From positions 215,884,001 to 215,948,000 of the forward strand of contig CM097885.1 in assembly GCA_044892525.1 (NCBI GenBank): a DNA stretch of 64,000 nucleotides, read 5' to 3'. The DNA is from Schmidtea polychroa (taxonomy: Eukaryota). This document shows, piece by piece, positions 1 through 11,281 of the stretch. The notes under the pieces are model-generated. The model was not told the DNA's origin. It was given only the letters and a program-made list of their open reading frames with translations, and did not search any database. Made by a program: the position numbers and the translations under genes. Each line of letters begins with the position of its first letter. Position 1 is the first letter of the stretch.

Positions 1-199
1 TAAACGGTTCAGTGCCCACCATTCCAGTGTATCAACCAAATCATTTGTTCCCAACCAACAAGGTTATCCATTTTGATTCTTTTGAATAGACCAGTCTTAT
101 TATTTGATATGAAATCATTTGCGCATTGCGGGTTTAGGTATGGATACAGAAATAATATTTTTTTTACTTCTAAAAGTTTTAAATTGTAATACTTCATTT

Positions 200-1010
200 T
201 TTAGTTCTGCTAGGTTTAAGTCTTGTTCATAACATTTTAATTGCTCTATTGAAGAGTCACTAACATCACTATCATGAAAAATTGTTTTGAATTTATTGTT
301 AATAGTTTTATATCCCTCAGACCTTTTTTAATGTTTCTAATTAAAGAATCGCGTGCAACAAAAAAAATATTAACTTTAAAATGTTCTTTGCCACTGAATC
401 TTATTTCATGTTCTGGAATTTCATCATGGAATAGTTTCTGTATTTTCTGCCGTTTTTTATCCTTAGTATATGCAATATCTTTAACTTTGTCTGCTTTTTT
501 TTTAAATTGTCAAAATCAGTTTGTATGAAATCTATCAATGAATCATATATTAAAACTACTGTATTTAGGGATTCGTCTTTTTGTTGAAGAGTCTTGTTTG
601 AAGCATCAATTCTCTCTTAAATCTTTTCCCATATAGTAATTAACAATACATAATCAAATGTATCAAGGGTTTTTGTAAATCTGCAGTTTCTGATTTTTCA
701 TCTTTGTTTGAGAAAAAATGACATAAACAATGTTTAATTTCTTCATAATTTTTCTTTAAGGATTTCACAGCATCGGAACGAGCAGATCACCTGGTGTTAC
801 AAATAGTTTTGATACTCAAGTGTTTGCTCTTATAAAATGTTTGTAATGCATTCCACCTATGTGTAAAACATGAAAAAAATACGTACAATTGCTGAAAGAT
901 ATTGAAAAAAGTGGTCATTTCCATGCAACTTTTGTCAGTAGCGTTTCCAATTAAATTTAATGAATGATTTGGGCACAAATATAGCATAGACATAAGTAGT
1001 CAAATTCGAA
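200..1010 (-). mobile_element. hAT transposase remnant (ZMYM1/DUF4371-like group), frameshifted
   Basis: Minus-strand translation gives CPNHSLNLIG, TR*SARSDAVKSLK and ELKNEVLQFKTF, matching hAT motifs (CxxHxLNL, TRWSARxDA) and the hAT copy at 33.8-35.1 kb. Confidence 0.8.
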
Positions 1011-1519
1011 TTCATGGCAATTAAAACTAGTATTTAAAAGATTTCATCAAAAAATAGCCTAAAGAATAGTTTAGGAATTAAAACTATAATAAAAATGATA
1101 AAAAAACCTAGAATATTCAATGAAAATGATGAAATCCGACACAGTCCCCACATGTTTTTATTTCCATATATAATAATTTTACATGTTTACAAAATAATAG
1201 TACATAAAAATAAAATATTACATTATCATATAAAATTAAATTGTCACATAATATATTAAATTGTCACATAATATATTAAATTGTCACAATAGAATTGAAT
1301 TGTTATGATATAATTAAGTCACAAAAGATAATTAAGCCACATAGATTGTTGATGGGATTTGGTTGATGTGTTAGGCTCTCAGTTGGATTTTATGATTTTA
1401 TTTGATAATTCAACTGGCTTTTATTGACTCTCATTGTACACATTCATTCTAAATTTATTCTGTCCAGTCCTATAATTGCTTGTTAGGACAAATCTCCTGA
1501 TGGGCCTCCGCTGTCATCT

Positions 1520-1670
1520 AACAGAATTAGGCAAGAGATATGAACAAGCGCATCCCGTGCGCAGAATTACCATATCTCTATCATGTAACATGTCATGTTG
1601 TAAGTTAATTTTCTTCTTTATCCAATGCTACAACTCATGGAAAAAATGCGCGAAGCTCGATCACGGGCGC
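1520..1670 (+). pseudogene. Truncated N-terminus of the LEGTWFSP coiled-coil gene family
   Basis: MLQLMEKMREARSRA (1625-1670) aligns with VLKLLEEMRADRERA (23167 ORF) and YKLLENLRKDREQA (8700 ORF). It is preceded by an intron-like gtaag...ctttatccaa segment. Confidence 0.55.
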
Positions 1671-2889
1671 ATCACTATGTTAGAAGATGGACGAACATTA
1701 AAGATTTTGAAATTAAAACATTACATAATAGGAACAAATAAATATAGAATAAATATACATGTGGACAATAATCAATAGTATTTATGTGATTAATGAGATA
1801 AACATTATTATATTGTGATAATAACTTATATTTGATTATTAACAATTTGGATGGGATTAATCAACTTATTTATTTACGTTATTAAGCTGTAATTATATAT
1901 TTTATTTTTATTGATTAATTGGTTCTTGGTGATATCTTATTTTAAAAATAAAAACCCATTTACAATTTTATTTAAAGTTATGAATAATACTAATATATTC
2001 TTATATTAATTTCCTGATCATTATTATTNNNNNNNNNNNNNNNNNNNNNNNNNNNNNNNNNNNNNNNNNNNNNNNNNNNNNNNNNNNNNNNNNNNNNNNN
2101 NNNNNNNNNNNNNNNNNNNNNNNNNNNNNNNNNNNNNNNNNNNNNNNNNNNNNNNNNNNNNNNNNNNNNNNNNNNNNNNNNNNNNNNNNNNNNNNNNNNN
2201 NNNNNNNNNNNNNNNNNNNNNNNNNNNNNNNNNNNNNNNNNNNNNNNNNNNNNNNNNNNNNNNNNNNNNNNNNNNNNNNNNNNNNNNNNNNNNNNNNNNN
2301 NNNNNNTATTATTGCACATTTGCACAATTCGACAGACAGACACATTCAAAAATTATAGAATTGAAAATAGAGAGAGAGTTTAATTGTCAATTGATTTTTC
2401 TTTATTGACCAACAGTAAACGGCAAATTTCTGCTAAATGAAATCAATGTGCTTTATTTGTTTTTCTTCTGCAGGATTGTTTATTTTGTTTTTATTGCAAT
2501 ATATGCACATTATTTTTAAAACAGAAATTTTATTTTAACAGAAGAGTGTATTGACATTCGAAATGGAGTGTCAACAGAGATTTTATATATAAGTTGACTG
2601 ATTTCTCAGTCAAACCACCCAAAAAATAAAAGCTTCAGAAATTCAGAAATTGATATTGCAATATAATTTAGAGCATACCTATTTACACATCCGAGCTCAG
2701 GAAGCTGCAAGCATTCACATACACATACACACGCATTTACACACGCACGCATATATACAACACAAATTGAAATATATTTGAGGTGATTGCTAACTTTATA
2801 TTTTTAACTTTATATTTTACAAAATTTGTAATTGTGATAATTAAATAAATTTAGTGAATTTATTGAAATTTATTATTGTTTGTGATCTT

Positions 2890-3792
2890 ATTTATAAAAG
2901 AACCATCAAGTTGAGATTTGAGAACCTCAACAAACTAGTAGAAAATCTACAACGAAGGATCACCGAATGCAAGGGGTGGTGCTGGGAACTCGAAGCAGTG
3001 GCGTAGCAATAGGTTGTGAAGGTTGTGCACGGCACAAGGGCCCAGGACGAAAAATTAGTAAAATTTATACGTTCGAGCATTATAAATTCCCTGATTGTCA
3101 TCAAACCAAGCATCGCTTTGGCGTTTGTTTTGTTTTTATTAAGACAGCAACCACAGTTTGGACGGTTTATAAATTTAATATTATTAGGAATCTATATTGG
3201 ATATAGTTGTAAACCACATATGTCACATTTGTTCTTTCTTTTTATCATGTGATTCAATTTTATATTATGGTGAAATAAGCGTATGATCTGAGTTTTTTCT
3301 AAGAATTATGTTTCAATAAATTAGTGACAATAACAACAATTATTGTTCATTATATCATGATGGTACCTGGCATGTGCCCATTCTATATACAGAGAATACC
3401 GAGAAGTAACAAAATATCCTTTCAACCCAACCCGAAACGCTACTATTTCTGTTTTAAAATGCGCAAATTTACTCAGAGAGTTGCTAATCACCTTCCCCCA
3501 AGCCTGCCTATGGTTTGGTTCCTCGGATCACTTCGTTCGACAAATATTTTGTGCGTCCCAAAATCTGCACAAGGGCCCCAGAAATCCTTGGTACGCCACT
3601 GACTCGAAGGCACCTGGTTTAGCCCTTAGGAGTGCAGAAGCGCTTGAAGCTGATCCAACAGCTGCAACTTCAGAGCCCGCAGGACCAAATCGAAATCAAG
3701 GCCCTCCGGCTATATGTCCGGAAACTAGAGACCCAGCTCCACCAAAAGGACATCAATTAAGATTTGACAGAACGAATTCGCCCAGTTGCTAT
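2890..3792 (+). pseudogene. Degraded older copy of the LTR-borne coiled-coil gene, cut by the insertion at 3793
   Basis: LEGTWFSP at 3603-3625, then (after a frameshift) QKRLKLIQQLQLQSPQDQIEIKALRLYVRKLETQLHQKD, nearly collinear with the 23167 ORF. It ends in RIRPVA exactly at the TG of the 3793 element. Confidence 0.75.
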
Positions 3793-4379
3793 TGTTGGGC
3801 TAGAACTGATTTCTAAACCCAAAGTTAGAAAGGGGACGAAATATGTCAGTACACAAGACGCATACCCAGCATTAAGTTTACTTAAATAAAAATATATAAA
3901 AACACCAAGTAAACAATGATAACAGAGAGATAATATACCCAAAAATAAAACATCTGAATTAAAAATAAAATAAAACACGAGCAAGAAGTAGCACACGAAA
4001 ACTTACTCAAATATAACCGAAAGACATAAAACAACATAAACAAATTCGAATAAAGGCGATCAGTAAAAATTAAAAATAAAATTAAAGAAAATATCCATAA
4101 AATCTTACGTAAAAAAATTATATCAAAATTTTGTATAAAAATCCAGAATAATCCATAAAAAATTGCAAAATCCATCATGGCCGCCAAACGACCCAATAAA
4201 ATTTATAAAAAATAAATATTTTAGTTTAAAATATAAAAATTTTAGAAAAGAATTCACAAAAAATAATTTAAAAATAAGAAATAGATTAAATTTAGCATGG
4301 AATGTTCTGGAAATGCCCAAATCCATCATGGAGGTAAATTTAATAAAAATAATTCAAAAATAAAAACTAAAATTCTTAC

Positions 4380-5500
4380 GGAAAAATCGCCCTCTAAATT
4401 GATTAAAATTAAAAATCGAATGTTCTAGAATTAAAATAATTCGAATTTGTTATATTACATCAATGCACGCATGCATACTAGCACACCAAAATTAGGGTGA
4501 TAAACTAACACATTTCGTCACTTTTCAATTTTTACTCTTATGCCAAAATTTTGATTTTGATTTTTCTGAGATTGTAAGTAAGAACAATTTCATGGTGAAT
4601 TATAAATTATTATTATTTAAACCTCGTTTTCATTTTTTTCATTTAGTTACAAAAGTGTTGGAGTGAGATCGTCGGTTATCATTGATTTTGAAGCGAGATC
4701 CCACTCAATCCTAAACCTGTGCACCTTTTTCGTCGTTGGATCCAAAACCCTCGACGCTGCAGGTCCATGACCTGGCTAATATGCAAGATTGAATTGGGGT
4801 AGTTGGAGGTCGTACTGACTTCATGATATAAGCCACGGAGTTCATCGATAAATTTTCTCTGGAGCGGCGGGGCTCGATGAGCTCAATGGAACTAGGTAAT
4901 TTAGTCAAAGTTACGGTGCTTAAAAAATAAAAATTTAAAAATAAAAACAAAAATTATGGCACAAAAATTGCCATTAAAAATATCAAAATCGCGAAATAGA
5001 AAATTTTGGAATAAAAAGAATTCGAGTTTGTTTTAACGCATCACGTGTACAAAATAGGTATATATACCGACACGTTTCAGTCACAATTTAATCACTTTAT
5101 GCCAAATTTATTTTTCTGGTGAAATTCTTTGAATTATTAGTAGGAACTATTTTATTTGCCTTATAATATATTTTTTGTTGGGTTGTATATTTCATATTAT
5201 TTTTAACATTTTGTTTATTTTATTTCTTTTGAATCGTTGGATGTAAGAGTGATTAGAGTCGTACCGATTGTCTACGCCTCTGATCAGCCTTGCATTCAAC
5301 CAAGCTATAAATCTACAACAACATGCGGACATGCACTATCCTTATTATAGTTTTTTTTGTTCGGTCATCGGAGGTCGTCCACTTCATGGTTCTGCCATGG
5401 AGTTGTGTCGATAAAACCCTTCTGCTATGGCTCCAGCTATTTATTATCGGTCGACAACGGTATGTTTTGACTCCACATCACAGTAACGCTTGTCGTAGCG
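4380..5500 (+). repeat. Diverged tandem duplication of a ~550-bp module inside element A1
   Basis: GGAGGTCGT-ACTTCATG-GCCAYGGAGTT-TCGATAAA occurs at ~4806 and ~5370, and ATGCCAAA-ending blocks at ~4540 and ~5100. Copy A2 has only one such module. Confidence 0.65.
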
Positions 5501-6373
5501 GTCACAGTGGGGCCGTGTAAGCAAGCACTCTTCCCGACTTCAAATGCAGTACACAATTAAAATCAACACTAAAAATTTCACACACTACTTAACACTAGGA
5601 TCATAATTGAGTAGATCTCAGACCCAAACTGAACACATGTAGTCGGTTGAACATCATTGAACAGCTCGGTTATACCTATACGTTTGTCGAACCTCATTGA
5701 TATATATAATTCTTAATGTTAATATAAAAATTTTCTCAGAAGTAAACGCCATAATCCTCGTAAAGAAGTTCGACAAGCGAACATAATAAAATGAAAATGC
5801 TCAATTATTTTCTAAATATACAACCTTAATTCGCAAAACGGAAATCATTATTTCTGAATAACTAACAGTTCTGAAAGTAACATATATTACCCTTAAACAT
5901 AAAAATTGTTAATATGTAGGATCCCTGAATCACAAAGTACAACAAAAAATTCAAAACTATGATTTGTAAATACGTATTGTCATTAAATCATAAAATATGT
6001 CTTAATATTATATTTATAATTGTGAACTATTCATAAATCATAACTTAAAATTTTTCTTTTGAAAATTATTCTATAAATATTAAATTATAAACTATAATTT
6101 CGTATTGCACTGAAAAATCTAATTTTTGTCTTATATAAGATATAATGTATAAAAGTATTGTAATACTCAAGAACAAATATAATTTCATATTACACTTAAA
6201 TTATCATCTATGAATATTAAATTATAAAATACATCTCAGTATTACCCTTAAAAAATAAGGTGTTATGGTATAGTAGTATTAAATGATAACTTTATTAAAA
6301 TATGGAATACATCTTTAGAAGTATAATGTACAAATGTACCATCGTTCGGAATTATAGGAGAATTTTATAATTT

Positions 6374-6780
6374 ACATAAATGCCTAAATTAGGAATTAAA
6401 AGTTTTATACTAAAAATACCAATTATAATTTATAATTTTATACTACCTCAATGTATAATTTATTTATCACGCATAAATGCCTAAATTGGAAATTAAAAAT
6501 TTTGTATTAAGAATATAAACTCTAAATCCTAACTTTATATTACCCCAACGTATAATTCATAAGTTTCTAGACTGATTGTAATACATAAATGCCTAAATTA
6601 GAAATTAAAAGTTTTATATTAAAAATACAAATTATAATTTATAATTTTATACTACCTCAATGCATAATTTATTTATAATACATAAATGCCTAAATTAGGA
6701 ATTAACAATTTCATATCAGGAATATAAAATATAAACTATAACCTTATATTGCCTCAACGTGTAGTTTATAAATACCTAGA
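6374..6780 (+). repeat. Four ~100-110 bp tandem units in alternating A/B order (a ~210-bp dimer twice)
   Basis: CATAAATGCCTAAATT recurs at ~6374, 6472, 6583 and 6680. Units 1 and 3 share TATACTACCTCAATG; units 2 and 4 share TATATT-CC-CAACG. Confidence 0.85.
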
Positions 6781-8039
6781 TTATCAGGTAGAATTATACC
6801 CTTCACTTCAATTAGTAATTTAGCCTAAGCGATAATTTGGTTAATATGTGACTTATAAAGGCCCAAAGCATCACTGTAATTGATATATTACCTAAATGTA
6901 CAAATCCAGAAAAGCCTAGATCATAAACTATAAATTATATTTTCCCTAAATTCTGAACTATAAACTATAATTTTATAATTTATATATAAAAGCTATAAAC
7001 TATAATGTTACATTTTGTAAATAACCTATAATTATAAACCGTAAATTTTTGCACTTTGCTGGGATGTATGACTTATAGACATCTACATCTTAAACTATGA
7101 TTTCATATTCCATATAGTTATCTAATTGGCAAAGGACCAAATTCTAAATCCTAAGTTTATATTTCGTATATAACTGATAAATGACGAATGTATAAAATGT
7201 AAAGTTGCGCATGCGAAAATAGCTAGGTTATAAATAACCCATGCGCCAAAATTATGGAGTATAATGACAAACATAAAGAAGCGCGCCCAACCTTTAGATT
7301 GGAAACCGCAGCGGCATGAAGCTTGACGATAATTTAATTGAAACTAATTTAACCTCCAGTCGAAAGAGAAGATAATATTTAACATTTATTTAATCACATC
7401 GAAGTTCTAGTGGGCTGAGTCAGGATTGCCGAGAGAAGTTCATTGTAGATTTGAGTCTTGCGTGCTCCAGCTATTGCCGCTCGTTGCTGGGAATTGCCAA
7501 TCAGATTGGCAGCAGTGGATGAATTCCTGAACTTACGAATTTACTAATTTGGAATTTACAGTCTAACTTACTTCGAAGGATCCAGATGGATTGCAACACA
7601 GAGGTGTTGGGTCTGAAAGTCTAATATACCAGAATAAACTAAATTTATCAGAAAAAGTTTTTGATATTTAAAAGCATTACAATTAAATGTATTTAAAATT
7701 TAATATTCAAAACCATTGTAGTTTACTTTAAATTTGACCTTAAAATTTTAATCATAATTATTACAGTAAAACACCGTAAAATAGGCTGAGGACATTAATT
7801 AAGGTAGTTAATTGTTTATCCCCGGTTAAGTTTAATTTAAAGTACAGCATAAATTTGAGTTTGTCATTCAAGTGTAATTTAATTTAACCCAATTAGAATT
7901 AAGAATATTTGGAGTTTGATTTACGTTTTAAAGAATTTCCCTTTGTGCAGTCGTATATTTGACTGAGAGCAGTCGAATAGGAATAAACATTTTCTTTTGA
8001 ATTGTGTCAACCTTATTGACTATTATTACCCAATTAGAT

Positions 8040-8404
8040 ATGTCACACTCGGAAATTTTTAGCGATGAGGAAGCCGATAGACAGCTGATCACGCGGCTCC
8101 GGACCCGGTACATCTGGTACCGAATTCATGATTGGAACCGGGGGTTGGACCTAGATAATTATGGACCGGTCATCCGAAGTGGCCCAGAGCCCGATGCCCG
8201 GCGTGGGTGAAAGCAGAGCCCACTAACAATTTGCTACGAGAAGCCCGCGATCGAGCGGCTATCGAGGTAGAAGCTGCCCAGATGCGGCTGAAGAGAATCG
8301 AGCTCCAGCTCAGAGCCGAGGCAGAGGGAGTAAACCTCGAAGAGCTGGAAGAGACAGATGCCCCTCCACGAAAACGAGGGAGGCCCCGTAAGAACCCTGC
8401 CTAA
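8040..8404 (+). CDS. Small LTR-borne ORF with WYRIHDW motif, coiled coil and C-terminal AT-hook (one probable frameshift near 8172)
   Basis: ORFs 8004-8210 and 8207-8404 join if 1 nt is restored (the homologue at 22684 reads GTG ATC CCG AAG where this copy has GTC ATC CGA AG). The C-terminus PRKRGRPRK is a canonical AT-hook. Confidence 0.65.
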
Positions 8405-8699
8405 CTCGTCGGCAGTGGTAACTTGACCAAAACTATTTGACTAATCTGATCTAATGATATTGTGTTGCGTTTGACTTCATTAGTAGCTAGTATGACAAAT
8501 TGTAGAAATTTTTTTTTATTATAATTTTTATATTATAGTTTGTCGTGTGTCTTCATCATATAATAAATTATCTTTCTGTTATTACATTTAAGCCTTATAG
8601 CTTATGGGGTGTCTTCAGGGTTGAGGTGACCCTCCCTATCTTTCATCTATTAATTTTATGCAATTAATCGAATCACCTTTACGCTCATGAAAGCTGGCT

Positions 8700-9167
8700 A
8701 TGGAATTTTATTATTGTCTTCATTCAGTGTACAAATTACTCGAAAATCTACGCAAGGACCGCGAACAGGCCCAGCAACAAGTCGAAGACCTTCGAAGTCG
8801 GGTCGAGAAGCTCAAAGTCAAGTGCCGAGAACTCGAAGGTACTTGGTTCAGTCCGGCTGAGATGAAGAAACGAACAACACACATCTCACAACTCCAGACC
8901 CAGGCGGAGCAGAATCAACTCGAAATCCGAACACTGAAGATACAAGTGCACTCGCTCGAGAGCAAACTGAAAGAAAGGTTCATCCAGGACACTCTCCGAG
9001 AGCAGATTCGCCCACTTCCCGTGGAGCTGGCCAAGATATACCCACCAGCCCAGGCAAGCAAGCCGAAACGCAAACGGCTAGGGCGGAATACACGAGAAAA
9101 ATTGAAAAGGGCCTGGCTGGCCGAGCAAGCAAAAGCGAAAGAGCCTGAAGCCACTCCACAATCCTGA
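8700..9167 (+). CDS. LEGTWFSP coiled-coil protein, subtype A, open frame
   Basis: 155-aa ORF with heptad-rich KLLENLRKDREQAQQQ...LEGTWFSPAEMKKR...QLQTQ and a basic tail KPKRKRLGR. An AG acceptor near 8727 suggests an upstream exon; AATAAA at ~9228. Confidence 0.75.
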   Translation: MEFYYCLHSVYKLLENLRKDREQAQQQVEDLRSRVEKLKVKCRELEGTWFSPAEMKKRTTHISQLQTQAEQNQLEIRTLKIQVHSLESKLKERFIQDTLREQIRPLPVELAKIYPPAQASKPKRKRLGRNTREKLKRAWLAEQAKAKEPEATPQS

Positions 9168-9344
9168 GGAATGTTTGAGAGTGCGACCCCTCCTGGGTAA
9201 AACAGACATTGTAATAGTGTAGTGTTTAAATAAATGATTTTCATTGTCTGATGGATAGGTGATTAAACTTTATGATTGTCCAGAACAAGACGGTCGACAG
9301 AAAAGCGTTTGGGAAAACAATCTCGATAAGGGACCGAAATAAAT

Positions 9345-9550
9345 CGGACACATGCCTTCTATCGGCCGTCCGTGAACCCATAGAGTACTCGACAATTACA
9401 GTGCCTTGGCGCGCTCACTTTTTGCGAGTACTCAACCCCTTGGTACAGTACCAACGTTGATTACTCAACGGGTACCAAGCGGAAAATAACGTTGTATTCT
9501 GGGTTACGCTGGTAACAGCACTTAAACATTCAACCACCAGTAACCCACCA
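9345..9550 (+). ncRNA. Structured RNA/cis element at the 3' end of element A1 (four helices)
   Basis: Helices CGGAC/GTCCG, GAGTACTCG/CGAGTACTC, CTTGGTAC/GTACCAAG and GGGTTAC/GTAACCC with a GCTG-GTAA-CAGC hairpin. Compensatory changes are seen in copies at 23732-23949 and 15270-15530. Confidence 0.7.
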
Positions 9551-9570
9551 GTATTCTGAAAACGGCAACA

Positions 9571-10990
9571 TTGGTGTCAGCATTGTGGATCATAAAAGTA
9601 GTCACATTCAGATGAAGATACCGATTTTCTTCGACAGCGTGGTAGCGTGGTTCCAACAAGTTGATGCTGCACTCGAGCTGTCATCAATGAAAAATGAAAA
9701 TATTTTCATCTCCTCACCAGTCTACCACCAAGAATCCTCGAAGAATACTCGGATATATTGGACCCACAAATCAAACTGCCGTATTCGACGTTAAATAATC
9801 AGGGAATCAAAAGAATCGACAACAGAGGCTGCCAAAACATTGCTGCAGAAACAAGAAATTGGTGACTGAAAACCAAGTCAATTGCTCAGGGAACTCAAGC
9901 GCAGTTACAATCAAATGGAACCGAACGGAAACCCACGAACGAGCCAGATCCTGAGATTTCAATTTATAAATTGCATGCCAGTTCACATATAACACTTATT
10001 AGTGTCAAAGGAAGCGGATATTGATGAGCTGGCAAACATCGCAAAACACATGGGCATCAAAAATCATGTTATATCTCAGGTGGAAAATCGACAACAAGCC
10101 GAAATCCAGTATCAACAGACAATAAAAAATCTCCAAAATCAAATCAATGCTATAAAATCAAATAACAAATCCAGTCAATACCACAACCTGTCAACAATGA
10201 ATCCTATATGCTATTTCCACAGAAGATTTGGAAAAAATGCCGGAAAATGCGAACAGCTATGTCATTGGACTGAGTCATCATATGGGGGAAAAGACCAAGG
10301 ATCTCTTTGATGTCGACTACAGAGATCCGGGACAATACTCAGCAGTCGACAAAAATCCAAGTCATATTCACTGTGCTAATTTTTTAGGGCGACAGAACAT
10401 ACAATTTCCTTGTGGATTCTGGAGAGGATGTCAGCGTCATCCAAGCGAATGCATTTACTCCTGATTTTAGAGATGTGCCTATTAAACTTGTTTCAGCCAA
10501 TAGCTGCAACATCAAAACGTATAGTTCGAAGACTCCAAATTTTAGGATTTCAAACATAGAGCAGAACTTTACATAGAGCTGAATGGTGGCAGATGTAAAC
10601 CACCCGATTCTAGAAGAAGACTTTCTAGAAAGTCATAAGTTTGTGATTGACTGTAGAAATGCTAAGATCTACATTTCTGAAAATACGACAGAAGTCAGAG
10701 AAAGGACTGCTCCTGAAAAAATCAACTCAGTTCTTCTTGAGCACGCATTGGAGATAGAGACAGCATGCCCACCAATTGCACAATCAGCTAGACGCCTAAG
10801 CGGGAAGTATTTAGAAATGGTTGAAAAGAAATTTAATTTAATAAGTCAGACAAATACCCATTACCGAGAATAACTGATATGCTTGATCAACTGGGAAGGA
10901 ACCAAATATTGTCAACCATCGACTTAGAGAAGGTATATCATCAAATCCCCATCTCAAAAACTGATATACCAAAAACGGCAATAATCAGCA
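9571..10990 (+). mobile_element. Decayed Ty3/Gypsy internal fragment: PBS, gag, protease, partial RT
   Basis: PBS-like TTGGTGTCAG at 9571; gag MKIPIFFDSVVAWFQQVDAALEL and CYFHRRFGKNAGKCEQLC; protease FLVDSGEDVSVI; RT STIDLEKVYHQIPISKTDIPKTAII. Confidence 0.9.
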
Positions 10991-11145
10991 ATAATAGAAT
11001 GACGCATGAAATAACGAAAAATGCAATAAATAATCAGGAAATTAATAAAACAAATAAAAAATATAATAAAAATAAAGAAAATTAAGGAAAATAACCAAAA
11101 AACAGGAAAAAGTAAACTAAATTAGAAAATAAGCGGTACTCAATT

Positions 11146-11281
11146 CTGATTGGTCTGCATAAACGAAAAATTCATATATAAGCAGACAGTAAACTTATTA
11201 TGGTTACTGTTAAAACTAAAAATTCACAGGTAGGAAAATGATAAAAATTCTCTACTGTTAAAACTAAAAATTCACAGGTAC
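11146..11281 (+). promoter_or_regulatory. Pol II promoter-like module: inverted CCAAT box, TATA box, 28-bp direct repeats
   Basis: CTGATTGGTC (11146), TATATAAGC (11175), then TACTGTTAAAACTAAAAATTCACAGGTA twice. The same arrangement occurs on the minus strand at 23980-24108. Confidence 0.6.

Larger units (their letters stand above)
3793..9550 (+). mobile_element. Giant solo-LTR-like element, copy A1 (5758 bp)
   Basis: Begins TGTTGGGCTAG and ends GTAACCCACCA (imperfect terminal inverted repeat). It is collinear with 18426-23949 at both ends and in internal blocks. Flanks CTAT/GTAT (4-bp TSD with one mismatch). No RT or integrase is encoded. Confidence 0.75.

Noticed and set aside
1990-2349. 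ORFs spanning N runs (also 33460-33724, 44760-44970, 50341-50623)
   Set aside because: Artefacts of assembly gaps.
2892-3206. Cys/His-containing ORFs as MYND zinc fingers (reported for Burro LTRs)
   Set aside because: The CxxC...CxxC...YCSxxCQ...HW pattern is absent in all frames I translated.
6374-6780. Repeat array as a CRISPR
   Set aside because: Units are homologous along their length with no unique spacers, the context is eukaryotic and there are no cas genes.
3793-9550. Helitron, Polinton or DIRS identity for the giant elements
   Set aside because: No TC...CTRR ends, no AG..CT ends with a 6-bp TSD, and no Rep/helicase, PolB or tyrosine recombinase. TG..CA with a 4-bp TSD fits an integrase-type event.
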